Program-made: the position numbers and the translations under genes | The notes under the pieces: model-generated | Seen by the model: the letters and a program-made list of their open reading frames with translations, nothing else | What the model was told of the DNA's origin: nothing | Database searches by the model: none | Source: Tricharina praecox | Lineage: Eukaryota | NCBI RefSeq assembly: GCF_024521635.1 | Contig: NW_026250410.1 | Span: forward strand, 1,240,001-1,287,760 | DNA length: 47,760 nt | Reading direction: 5' to 3' | In this document: positions 12,517-24,468 of the stretch, one piece after another | Layout: every line of letters starts with the position of its first letter | Numbering within the stretch: position 1 is the first letter of the stretch

Positions 12517-13795
12517 CTACAGACCTCCCTTCTCCAACCCCTCCAAGATGAGATCGTAAACGTCCACCGCATTCAGGTGCAGATTCAGAGCATGTCCCAT
12601 CTCGGGAATGACGTACGCATCGTAACCTCCAGCATTGGGAAACGCAAGTCTACCTGCCGCCTCTACAGCCGTAGCGTTACAGTGGCCACCACAGAACACC
12701 AAGTCGCGGTTACCCGTCAAAACCTATCCGCATCAGCAACTGTCACCGGCTTCTCCGGGGGGTTCTCACCTGAACGTAACCAGTGAACTTGGGTGCGCTT
12801 AACGCCACCGTCGTGAGACTCAACAATTCCCCCACAGTAAACGCACTCTTCCTCGCCTCGCCGTCGAGCAGCACCTTCGGGTCGAAGTTCGGATAGTCAA
12901 AGAACACCAACTGGAACTGTGTTGCGCTAGGCCACGCGAGGTACCCATCGCCGAGAGCAGCGAACCTTCGGGGGCTAGCGAGCCTTGCCAGCTGCGAGCT
13001 GAACGCGAGCTGCGCCGCGACGAATTCCGACAGCGTGAAGCTGTGCGCGAAGCCCGTAAGGATCACTCCGTCGGAGAGTGCGGGCCAAGTGGCCACGAGC
13101 ACGTTGGTGAGTATGCTGCCCAAGGAGTGGCCCACGTGGACTACGCGGCCGGGCGCGGTGAGGAGCTTGGAGCCGCCGCCCGGAAGCACGCCCGCCCGGA
13201 GGTGCTCGGTCAGCGATTTGAGGATCGCTAGCTCCACGCTGACTTGCACCTCGAGGTATGCGTCGGGCTTGGACGACCCGCCAGTCGTGATACGGTCGTA
13301 GATGAAGGTGCTGTAGCCTCGCTGGATGGCCGCGTCGACGTAGGAGTACTTCGAAGGCTCTTCCGGCCAGTCCCAGTAGCTGATGTCTCTATGTATCAGC
13401 GGGGACATATCTCGTAACCCGAGTATTAGATCAGGGGGTACCAACGATTTTTCACACCCAATCCCGTGCGTCATGATCTGCAAGATATCCTTCCTCTCCC
13501 CAACAGCAGTGGGAATGCAGTACCGCGCGCTGATGTAGAATGTTTTATCGACCCGGTGGTCTGGCAGCGCGGTGTAGTTCCAGGCGAACGCATCGGACCG
13601 CGTGAAGTTGAGGACGAGTGCTGCGGCCAGGAGGTTGTCGGTCACTGGTGCGACGGGGAAGATCTTGGTCATGGCAGAAATCTTGATGGGGATTTGGAGA
13701 TCTTCGCAGGTCTTTGCGGGAGGAGTCGAAGGGGCGCCGACCACTCCGGTGGCGGCGGTGAGAGCGGTGAGGATGGCTGCAAGTGTCAACTTCAT
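12517..13795 (-). CDS. Secreted alpha/beta-fold hydrolase (~388 aa, 3 exons)
   Basis: Exons 13795-13446, 13379-12770, 12723-12517; introns 13445-13380 and 12769-12724. Signal peptide MKLTLAAILTALTAATGVVGA. Oxyanion THGIG, nucleophile elbow VGHSLGS, acid TGNRDLVFC, His MGHALNLH. Confidence 0.88.
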
Positions 13796-15097
13796 GTTTT
13801 GATGATGAATGAGATATTGATTCAAAGCAAAGAGCTGGTAATTGCCATGTATTTATGTACATACTGGATCTCGCGATGCTTGGTCCGCAAGTCAAAGGTG
13901 ACGTTTTGCTGCGGACCGTGTGTACCTTTCTTGATCACCTATCGGCGTAGATGATGCATTCCAAATATCTCGTATCGTTCATTCCAAATACCACATCAGG
14001 CCGTCAGGTACTGCTGGCCCGATTACTTAACATGGACGGCATCTTCCGGTGAGTAATCATGATGGCTAGCAGTAAGTTCGTTTGCACAGCCGGTTTCTGC
14101 AAGATTCACTGGATTAAATATGAAGAGATGTAAAGACATCTCCTTCAGAGCTACGTGAAGACTATCGCCGGGAATCGAAAGTCGAAGGCCTAATACCGGC
14201 CGCTTCGACGTGCATCGCCGCGAGGGGACAGGTTCTGGTTGGTGCACATATCTGTCTTTGAGGAATCGTTATTTTTTAGATGCAGTAGGAATCTCTAGGT
14301 GCGGATGTACTGTCAGAGCTGGCCGAGTAGGTAGGCTTGTCAGTGCGATTGAGTTCTTGCGACTTCATGCTATCGTCAGCCTACTACTGCATCATGATAT
14401 ATCACCAATACTGAAGCCCCGCACTAGACAACGCAAGAAATAGGAAACGGAGAAAAATTACGCCGCGATAGTCTAGATAGGCTGAATGCGAGTACGATTG
14501 AACAAATAAAGGACCAACGCAACAAATTGGGAATCTCATCGACCGATAGTGAACCGCACGTTGGTGCGTTGGATCAGTTTGGTTTTAACTCCAGCGGAGT
14601 ACCGCGGCCAGTATTCCAAATACCACCTAACATACATGAGTCGTCCGATATGTATCCGTGGCGACCGCTAGTCTCCAGGACAGGGCTTGCACACGAGTCC
14701 GCCTTTGGGCTCACCTCGTCTCGAGTCACGACGTGTCACCGCATACTCTCAGTCCCGAGGTCTCCAGATCGAAGGCCCTATTCCGCAGCGGTAACTAATG
14801 GAATTACACGGTGAGATAGGTAATGTAGAAGTGAATCGGACCCACAGGACTCACTACTTGTCCGAGCCATGGGCGCGAACCGGCCGCGCGGAGCGGAGTG
14901 AACGGGATACTAGAGTACTCGACGGCAATGCCGCAGATAACCCAAGGAATGACATTTGGTAATAGTTGCGGCTAGGTTCCTCGCCATACGTTTTGCTTCC
15001 TCCCTTCGGTATTTTCACTCCCACGGCTGGTGGCAGCGTGAGGCGTGTCACGTGATACTACCGAGTGATATCGAATTAGTGCTCCCTCTCTTATGCT

Positions 15098-15259
15098 AAA
15101 AACAAAAACCTACACTACCCCCGGTAGGTGGCTTGGAAACCCCAAGAGCTGAATGCAAAGGTCTTTCACCCAGGTTTGAACCCGGACCTTTCCCTCAGCT
15201 CGCCTCGCCGATTGCGTGGCCCTAAACCACTAGACCACGCAGGGGTTTTTTCCGTGCTG
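15098..15259 (-). ncRNA. Candidate Pol III (type-2 promoter) structured RNA / tRNA-derived SINE-like unit, copy A
   Basis: On the minus strand: A box TGGTCTAGTGG (15237-15227), B box GGTTCAAACC (15182-15173), several hairpins and two T5 runs (15108-15104, 15102-15098). No acceptor stem, so not a tRNA. Homologous to 19406-19521. Confidence 0.5.
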
Positions 15260-16885
15260 GAAACATGAATTCGATACCTATAAAGTGGTGGGTGCCCCCG
15301 CTCGGACGGACAACTTGCTACCCACAGTAATGTTAGCATGGTATTCATTGCGCTGCCAGTTCTGTATCCGTGGCGAGGAGCAGTCGGGAGAGACGCTCTC
15401 CATGACAAGTCCACCGGCAGGTTATTCGCGGCGGGGTCAGTGCTGTATCCACAGCGAGGCCAGCAAGCTACTCGTCGTCACACAGCTGGCAGGCATCGTT
15501 TTCCTTCGCCGTCCTTCGATGTGTGATAGTCCCTGGTCTTCCTACAGCCGGTACGCCTTGTCATCCTATGCTGTCCTACAGTACGACTCCTCACTCGCCG
15601 CGGATAGCACACTATCGCCGCCGTGGAGACTAGCAGAATGTCTATTGAGTATGCCGGCCAGCCATATGAGCTCCTAAAAGCTATATAATATCAACGCCAG
15701 TTGATCAACTGTGCCCCTTTAAAGCCTATCTGGAGCCTATCTTGAGCCACAGTTAGTGCCGAGCCAGTCTAAACCCGTGACCATTCATTTTAAACGCGCC
15801 ATTGCCGTAGTTATTGTGGCTTAGGGATTGGAAAACTTGTCGCGCACAGAGATGTAGCCCGGTCATACGCAGGCTGGACTTCCTCGGAAGCACCAATGTG
15901 GGTAGAAACGCTCTAGCGGCGGAGGGCGGTGCACGCCAAGTGGGGCGTTGGGCAAAGAGGGTGGGGTGAGTTTGGGGTCGGCAAATGAGGGGTGCTTAGC
16001 ATTGCGTTTTTCATGATAGAAGGGGGGTAGGATTCATGCTATAGATGTAATATGCGCCCACGATCGATTGTTGTACGGTCGTGGAGCATGCCCTGATACG
16101 ATACCAACTGTATCCGCCTGGCGGGAAACAACGTCTTTTTACCCCACCTTGAGCTATAATACGCAATTCGATAGAGAAACAAAAAGAGAAAGGTGGGGCG
16201 CATCTATTATTATTCACGAGCACACCCTACCTCCTACATACTGGAGGAGAAATTATTCGAAAGAATCGAGCCGTAGCCGGGCAATTATGCAATGGGGAAG
16301 GAGAATTTAGGTATGTAACTCTAGGTGCGGATCTCCGTTCCTGCATCGGTAGAGATATTAGGTATATTTGCTTATGTACATACGCGCTATCTTTGAGTCT
16401 ATCGTTGAATTCACGTGGAACACGTTCCCCACATGCCGATCTCACATGTGGGGATTTATAGTGGTGTTTCGCCCCACGGACAATACCTGGAGTTGGAACG
16501 GATTTACAGGGCCCACGACCCGGTAGCGATCTGGAGAACGATACCTACGTAGATACCCACCGCTAAATAATCAGAGGTAGTATTGAATATCCTCATAATT
16601 GTGCTGCCACCCCACTATACATACCACCAGGACGTACTTTGGTTAATGGCTGCGAGTTTAGATTCGACGGGGCCACCGTTACCACCGTATCCTCGGATGG
16701 AACTGATACCCGCAAGGCTAAGGCAACTGGCCCTGAAAGGCAATATATCCAAGTCTCATCATTTAATAAAGTTGTTTCCAGTCGATAGAGCATGGGGCTG
16801 TAGCCTTTAGCAACGAATGCTAATAGTATATAATTTCACATCTTGCTCCTCATCTCCACCAGCACGCTCATTACCGGAACCAAAA

Positions 16886-18616
16886 ATGTTCGCTCCAACA
16901 GCACTATCACTCTCTTTACTGCTGTCGGTAGCATCCGCTACCCTCATCAGCGGCGCGACTCGATGCCAGTCCTTCGGCGCCAGCCTGAACATGTCCGACG
17001 TAAAGGTGCTACACACGACGTACTACACCGGCAACGAAACGATCCCTCTCGATGACTTGCTTTGCAACAGGCCGGGAGCTACGGTGGGAGTCCAGACTGC
17101 ACTGTGCCGCATCGCCTTGCTGGTGGATACCTCGGCTACCTCGCAGGTCCAACTTGAGGCCTGGCTCCCGGATGAATGGTCCGAGCGTGTAGCTGTCGTC
17201 GGAAATGGCGGTCTCAATGGCTGTAGGGCTGCTGTGTATTCCCCCTCTGAATAATCCGGACTGACACTACTATCTATCAGGCATCGATTACAGTAACCTC
17301 GCCTACCTCTCCTCCTTCAACTTCGCCGTCATCGGCAGCAACAACGGTCACAACGGCAGCAGCGGTGACGCATTCCTCAACGCTCCGGAAACAATAATCG
17401 ACTTTACGTACCGCAGCGTACACGTCTCATCGGAGCTGACTAAATCGCTCTCTGCGGCATATTACAACACGAGCCACAAGAAATCCTACTACTTTGGCTG
17501 CTCGACCGGCGGCCGTCAGGGTTTCAGCTCGATCCAGAGGTACCCCGAGGACTTCGATGGCGTCGTGGCTGGTGCTCCCGCTTTGGATTTCAATCACCTC
17601 GCTGGCTGGGATGGGATCCTGTCGGTAATGAATGGCGCGCCCAGCGGAAAACCCATCATCTCGAGCGAACTATGGGAGGCGGTCAGGCTCGATGCACTGA
17701 GACAGTGCGACGCCATCGATGGCGTCAAGGACGGCATCATCGATAATCCGGATCGGTGCCATTACACCCCCGAGAAGTTGCTCTGCACCGGCACCGGCGG
17801 GAACACCACGGTGTGTTTGACCACCAAGCAGGCTGAGATCGTCAACTTCGTCTTTTCGCCGCTGTACGGACTCAAGGGGGAGTTGGTGTTTCCACGATAC
17901 GACCCCGGAACGTCGTTTGCTGGTCTAGCGATGATGGTTTTTGGCGGGCAGCTCTTTCCGTTTACTCTGGTATGATATGTGCCGTCACACCTTGGTTCGA
18001 CGTTCGCATGCTAACCAACGGAAACAGGATTGGTGGCGTAACACAGTCTACAACGACACGACGTGGACGGGCGAGGGCTTTAACCTGCAAAACATCGCCG
18101 ATGCCGACAGGATCGATCCTGGCGGCGTTAGCACCATCAACCCGGATATATCCGCGTACCAGAAGAGGGGAGGAAAGGTGGTTCACTACCACGGTATGCA
18201 GGACTCGGTGAGCATAACTCCCCCATGGTCGGTCACTCGCATCTACTAACGGAAACCAGCTCATCCCCTCGGGGAACTCCCGCCGCTACCACGCCTCCGT
18301 CCTCCGTACCCTAGGACCGAAGAAGCTGAACACCTTCTACCGATACTTTCCAGTACCGGGTATGGACCACTGCGGCGGCGGCCCAGGGCCCAACGTGTTT
18401 GGTCAGGGCGGACTTTCGGCCGAAGGCGTTCCTAAGGATGCTCAGAACAACATTGTGCTGGCAACGGTTAAGTGGGTCGAGGAGGGTGTGGCGCCCGAAC
18501 AGCTTATCGCTACCAAGTGGAAGGATGACATAGCGGGCAATCTGCAGAGTCGACGGACGATCTGTGCGTGGCCGAAGACGAGTGTGAAGAGGGGGTCGGT
18601 ATATGTGTGCGTGTAG
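16886..18616 (+). CDS. Secreted tannase-family feruloyl esterase (FaeB-like; ~520 aa, 4 exons)
   Basis: Exons 16886-17222, 17281-17969, 18028-18207, 18260-18616. Signal peptide; EAWLPDEW, GNGGLNGCIDY, GCSTGGRQG (catalytic Ser), HGMQDSLI (Asp), PGMDHCGGG (His), i.e. the CS-D-HC motif. Confidence 0.93.
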
Positions 18617-19405
18617 GATAGGCGGGAGATGGTACATACGTATTGGTTCCATATCCTCATGTAGGCTGAGTCGCGAAACATACCTGTACGGATCCTGTCA
18701 ATAGATTTGATTGCTCCTGTCACTTCCGAGGCGATGTTGTTGCTCCTCTGTCCGTAGCGGACTGACCCGACGCGTGATACCATGCCTTCATTGCCACCAC
18801 GTACATGCGGAAAACCCGGTTGTGTTTCGATTGCTCGTCGTACCGCTGTCTACCGGCGATGCGAATTACTTCCCATCGTGCTAAATGAAGCCTTCCATAA
18901 TGAAGGTTGGTGTCTGTCCGGGCGGAATACGGAGGAAGATGGGTGGGCCGGTCTCTTTCCGGGCGCTAGTGACCATGATGATGTGAGTGATAGTTGCGCA
19001 TGCTCGCGGAAGGAATGTTGATTGTAGGTGTGTAATGACAGTAAGGAGCGTACAGCTTAAAGGGTATGGAAGGAAACAGAACAAAAAGCTCATATCGTAT
19101 AATTCATGCCTTGGTGACGGAGACGATAGCTGACTGAGGATAACGATGGTCGAAATGACTACCTGACCTAGTAATTCCCAAGCAAGGCGACAGCAGCAGG
19201 AGGCGTGGCGTGAATGGCTTCGACTTACAAGTGCTCGTTGAACGTTGACCATCGAATTCGCGTCAAGGGCCGGGGGTGGGGAGGGTGCGGCACCTCGCAG
19301 GTCTGTGCTTTAATGGGTATACACCGATGTCGTAAAGCATCACACGTATTACGAAGTTGTAGATACCGAGCTTGGACGGGTTCATAATCGCGCGCAGTAA
19401 ACTCA

Positions 19406-19530
19406 CAGCACGGAAAAAAACCCGTGTAGCCCAGTGGTCACGCACCCGGCGAAGTTAGCATGGACATCAGTCCATCTATCGGGATTTCCAAGCCACCCAC
19501 CGGGGGTGGTGAAGGTTTTTGGTTCAAGCC
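19406..19530 (+). ncRNA. Candidate Pol III structured RNA / SINE-like unit, copy B
   Basis: Shares the 5' CAGCACGGAAAAAA.CCC leader, CACGCA..CGGCGA and a 41-nt 3' block (19481-19521; 4 mismatches) with copy A. A box TAGCCCAGTGG 19427-19437; T5 19516-19520; B-box match GGTTCAAGCC 19521-19530. Confidence 0.45.
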
Positions 19531-19544
19531 ACGGTTGCGGTTTT

Positions 19545-19995
19545 TTCTTTTGTTTAATCAGGAAGTGCTTGCGGCCTGGGTAAATCATGGCAGATTACAA
19601 GTCTGTTTCAACCCAACCGTTGGCACCGACCGCTGGCCACGAGCTCGATACCAGTTCCCCATCACTCTCCGCTCAACCCTCCCCACTCAACCCTCCCCAC
19701 TCAACCCTCCCCGCTCAATCCCAAGTCCCACCTCGGCCTTCCCCGCCACCCCTAACTCGCAGCCTAAGCATGCCTGCTCGACTTTCCCCGCGGGGATCAT
19801 CCGTTCCCAGCCGCGTATGTAGCCGGAAACTCGCCGTGATCGTATGGTGTCAGCCGGACTTGCCGGGTCGAGTGACACCGAACGTTGTAGGCAGCGGAAC
19901 GGAGCCGTATTAGATGGCTCTTCGAAGTTGAATACAACCTCAATTTCTTCATCATCTTTCATTTTCGCTGTTTTCCTTCCAGGATTACGTCACTG
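19545..19995 (+). repeat. Composite dispersed repeat with an internal 14-bp minisatellite (CTCAACCCTCCCCA x3, 19672-19713)
   Basis: 19545-19720 aligns directly with ~28075-28275 (ATGGCAGATTACA...TGGCCACGAGC.CGAT.CC.GTTCC). 19820-19995 aligns inverted with 24290-24468 (~80% identity by eye). Confidence 0.75.
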
Positions 19996-20187
19996 GCATC
20001 CTACTATCTATGGGCTCAGTCGTGATTCATGATGTGAACGTGAAGAGCTTTTGTTGGAATTGGCAAGTAACTACCTGCCGGAGGCGCGCTGCGCGCCACT
20101 ATGAAACGAATCCATCCGATGATACTAGGTGGTTCAACTTCTACGTATCTACCCACTATAGTACATCGCCTAAACCTACACCCACAA

Positions 20188-22092
20188 CTACACCAAATAC
20201 CTAAACCCGCCATCATCCTGCTCCTCCCTATCCAGCTTCTTATTCTGCCTAGTCAGATACCACTTCAGTATGGTAGCAGCAATGATCGCCAACGCGGCGG
20301 TAGCACAATTCATCGCCATAGCCTCCACATACCGCGGCGCGCTCGTCTTCGGGTACGCGTACGCGGTCCAGATACTGGTCGCATTACTGACCGCATTGAT
20401 CGCAGCGATGGCGGCGGCGCGCTTCGCGGGCGGCCGCGGTAGCGTGTTGGATATCCACGCGAGCGCGACGACGTACCCGGCGTAGACGGAGGGCACCATC
20501 AGCATCATTGATAGGTACCGTGGGGCGGTGGTCGTCGTTGCGGCGGCGAGGATGAACGCGACCATGGAGAACCATAGCGGAACGGTGATGTGGAAGTACC
20601 GCTCGCCGGTCTTGTCGGCGTGCAGGGAGTTGCAGAAGGTGGTGATTACTGCGAGGGCCTAAACGGGGGGTTAGTTGTGAAACGCGGGGAAGAGTGCGGA
20701 TGACTTACGTATGGAGGTGCGGTGAGCAGCAGGGAAATGATCCGGTTGTATCCGAGGGTCTCGACGACACTGTAAATCACTCAGTATCAGCCTGACATGC
20801 TTCCGAAGAGGCCTCGAGATTTCGCATATGCACAGAAGACGGACCTTGGGAAGAAATTTGTGACACTCCCGCTGGAGACGATTCCAAAGACGACGCCCAT
20901 GAGCATGTACGTTTTGATATCTGTGAAAGCGAGCTTGAGGCCGTGCGTGAGGTTTTCCTTTTGACCGCCTTCCCAGTCGGGTTCGCCAATATCTTCCTCG
21001 AGACGCCATATAGCCATGTCCTTCTCCTGCACCGACAGCCAGGTTGTGCTCTTGGGAAAATCGGGAAGGATGAAGAAGGCGCTTGCTGCGATCACGACGG
21101 TTACCGCGCCTTCGATCAGGAAGAGCCATCTCCTGGAGGGAATGTCAGATCGTCACGGCGAGATTGTGGGAAACGAGGGGGCGAAATTGATTACATACCA
21201 TGCGAGGAGCCCACGCTTGCCGTCCATACCATCGGTGATTCCCGCCGAGATGAGTCCGGAGAAGGCACCGGATATGAGCGATCCGGAGTACAGCATCGCG
21301 GTACGGAAACCCAGTTCTTTACGCGTATACCACATCGAAAGAAAGAAGAGACATCCGGGGAAGTAGGCGGCTTCAACAATACCGAGTATTAATCTGTACG
21401 CTGCGTCAATAACGTTTGGAAACACTATAGCACAGCTGGCAGGGAGGAATTCTATGCACATACCGACACGCCACCAAGCCTCCGAAGCTGCTGACACCCG
21501 CCGTGGCACCAGAAATGATTCCCCAGATGATCATGCAGGCGGGGAGATATATCGATGGCTTTCCGATCTTGTCGAGGAACATGTTCGACGGGACTAAAAG
21601 GATACATTAGTCGTTATATTCCGTAACCGGAGGGAGGGGAGGCTGCTCACTCTGCATCAAGATGTACCCGACGAATAGGATCGAAACACTCGTCTATGGC
21701 ACAATCACAGGGGGTCAGTTCGAGGATGGAAAGTGGACGGCACCGGCGGAACACACCTGATACTGCGTACTCGTCAGATTCAGTTCGTCCTCCAGTCCGG
21801 CCAATCGTGCTGTTTCCGAATTAGCCATGTCCTACTACTACTTCTACTTCCGCTCTCCTCGCAGAGCCTGGATACCTGCTTCGACCTACATACCTGCGGC
21901 GATGTTGTTCCGGTCGAGATAGTTCATGATGTACATCAGGATGAGCATGGGCATCAGCCTCCAGTCGATTTTCCGCACCAATGCAGCCTCGAGCTGACGA
22001 CGTTCCGCCTCGCCCAGGCCACGGATCGACTCCGGTGGAAGTCGCTCGTTGTGAGCGCCGCGGGCAGATTTGATGCTGTTGGGGGCTGACAT
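20188..22092 (-). CDS. MFS transporter, anion:cation symporter (DAL5/TNA1 allantoate-nicotinate-like; ~479 aa, 8 exons)
   Basis: Exons 22092-21894, 21809-21757, 21693-21651, 21593-21464, 21393-21199, 21132-20845, 20769-20709, 20658-20188; all introns GT-AG and the frame closes. Motifs LVRKIDWRLMP..YLDRNNIAAARLAGLE, EAAYFPG..LSMWYTRKELGFR, WRWLFLIEG, LLTAPPY, C-terminal FRYLV. Confidence 0.93.
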
Positions 22093-23551
22093 GGCGATAT
22101 TCATCTGGATGGTGACTGAGTACACTCTACACTCTACTCCCGTATCTCCCTCCATCCCACGCGGGGAAGCCAACGATTCTTATACTCCGCTAATTCCGAA
22201 CAAGGCAATATATTTCCCCTCGGCTAAAGATTGACAAACAAGCATTTCGCATGCACAGTGTGTGGGGAAAAAGGTTGCAGGGGAGGGCCGTCATCATCAT
22301 GGCGCCACCGGGGAGCGCTATCGCTTCCCGGGTAGGATCGACGGCGGAACGATGACCGATGTGGAGACGTTCCCGGGCCCGATGCGCGATGAACGGTGGT
22401 ACTCGATCGGAAGAGGAACCGGAGCCCCGAACGCGAATGCGAACGGATGGCCGGGGGCCAATACTATCCGGACGCAACTCGCGGCGGGCTTCAACCCCAC
22501 TCCACACGCGATCCATCACCTCCCCAAAGAAGCACGAAACAATTACCGCCGACTCGTCGTGATTCACCTGCGCGAAGCACGCCGATGACCAATGCCGTGT
22601 CCACCATCACTTTAATACCTACCCCCCAGCCAGCCAGCTATGAGCAACACGGCGATTATGTTTCGCCGCCCTCGTCGGATTCGTGGTGTGGTCCCCTGGG
22701 GGTCTGGACGTTGACACATTCATCCGCCAACGCCGCTCTCTCTAGGTATGCGGAGGGGTTAACTAGGCACCTGGGGGGTATTGAACGGACATCTAACCGG
22801 TCGGTCTTGCAGTGTACGTACAGTCTGCAGTTTGCAGTCGGCGATGTGCAGTACGATTACAACTGCGCAGATTGTGCTGCTTGCGTCACAACACGGCACT
22901 GCAGGTAGTTAGCCGTGTAGATTGGCCGACGGAACACTCCCGGCGCGCGTAATCGGTTTTTCCGTTCCGGAGCATGTGTGGGGTAGACCCACTTCACAGA
23001 CGTGTGTTGATGCCGACCATCTTCGCCAGGACACGGCAATGTGCGATGTACCCATGAGTACATAGGCAGCCCAATTTACACACGGAAAAATTGGGTTCGC
23101 GAAACGTCCTCCTCGACATGGAATCTCGGTTGGTATCGTCGCTACTAACTATATATAGGCAGCAAGGCGGCAATGGCGAAGAGGTGCGGGGGTGCGCATT
23201 GCTTCGCTCCGTTGAGTCGATGTTAGAATGAAGCAGATTGAAGGTGGGTGCGAACAGCAATACTCTAACTACGGTACTGTACTCAGTGACTAACCACAGT
23301 CGATGCAGGATGAGAGTCCCTTATATGGGTACGTACCGTACTCAAGTAGTCATGGAAACAACGCGCTGATGAATGGGCTATCGTTCGCTTCCAAATTCAC
23401 GCGGGAGGTGGGCTAGTAGATGTTGGCGCGCTTAAGACACGTCGAAGATCGCGTTGTCGATGGTGTTGTCTGTAGCGCGCCGCCCTTTGGTGTTTCTGCG
23501 GCTCTTCAAACCTCCTGGTTCCTGGCCCGTGTGCTGTCGACAAGTGACTAA

Positions 23552-24238
23552 GGCCCTGTTCGCGCACCCATTATCTCATCCTGCTACCACACAAATCTGA
23601 AAACCATTTTTGCACTCATAATTTGAGGTGGCAGGTCTTCGCTACAACCCATTATCTCACCCATTATGTCAAGTTGGGCTGCGCCACAATAAAAAAAGGG
23701 GGAGTTTCCAACCTCAACCTCAACCACTACCATCACCACGATAATTCAACTGGAACAGCAAAAAAAATTATTGAAGAGACCGCACAAGTGTTTACTGCTG
23801 CCTCGGCAGGAAGCTTGATTCCTCGGCAGAATTTGGAACTTCTGGAAGCTGAAGACTGGAAGCGATGGGTTTTATTACAAGTGTCATCCGGGAAGCATTG
23901 CAAGAGTCAATCAACTCACACAGTTACAGTATTTGAAAGAATGACTCTAGTAATTGGAGAAATGACTAGTCAACGAGCAGGAATGACTGACGCGACTCCC
24001 AGCCATTTTTCCATTGCATTTGAGGCTGAGGCCCCTATTGCATAATGATTCACTTCCGCTCGCTCCACTTCAACTGCTCTTACTGGCTAGCTTCTATGTA
24101 GCACCTGCAGTAGATGTGGCGTCGCAATGTCTAGCTCAGAAGTCTGGGCAACGGAATGACATTCTGCTAAAACCATGATGTCGCGTTAGATGCTTGGCAC
24201 ATCCACACATTGAGATGATGGCGTGCGCGAACAGGGCC
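23552..24238. mobile_element. PIF/Harbinger-type (Tourist-like) non-autonomous MITE, 687 bp
   Basis: Perfect 16-bp TIR GGCCCTGTTCGCGCAC (23552-23567; 24223-24238), extending to ~27 bp with CCAT(T/C)ATCTCA. TAA target duplication at 23549-23551 and 24239-24241. Subterminal CCATTAT(C/G)TCA repeats at 23649 and 23661. No transposase recognised inside. Confidence 0.85.
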
Positions 24239-24289
24239 TAAGGCAGCTGTGGTTGCGGAAAATCCATCACAGCCGTCTTGCAATGGTAC

Positions 24290-24468
24290 CAGTAGTTGAC
24301 GCAACCCGGCAAAGGGAACGGCGAAAATGAAGAATGATGGAGAAGTTGATGTTCTATTCAACTTGGAAGAGCCATCTCATGTGGCTCACCTCCGCTGCCT
24401 TCGACGTTCAGTGCCACCCGATCCGGCTAGTCCGGCCATTACCACTAGTCGGACCCACCCCCGGCTAG
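24290..24468 (-). repeat. Inverted copy of the 19820-19995 repeat module
   Basis: Colinear for ~40 codons: MKNDGEVDVLFNLEEPSHVAHLRCLRRSVPPDPASPA versus MKDDEEIEVVFNFEEPSNTAPFRCLQRSVSLDPASPA. Confidence 0.8.

Noticed and set aside
15165..15245. Functional tRNA gene
   Set aside because: D-arm and T-arm-like elements are present, but there is no acceptor stem, the T loop has 6 nt, 7 nt separate the D arm from the next stem, and the would-be anticodon loop lacks U33.
19672..19720. Telomere-like or CRISPR-like array
   Set aside because: A 14-bp head-to-tail minisatellite without spacers, not CCCTAA; eukaryotic context with no cas genes.
22190..22908. Several 100-170 aa ORFs upstream of the MFS gene
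   Set aside because: GC-rich promoter DNA that is open in many frames, with no motif or splice-consistent model.
24327..24460. Conserved small protein MK(N/D)D.E...FN.EEPS in two copies
   Set aside because: About 6 of ~21 substitutions are synonymous, close to neutral expectation, and similarity ends after ~40 codons; treated as a non-coding repeat.
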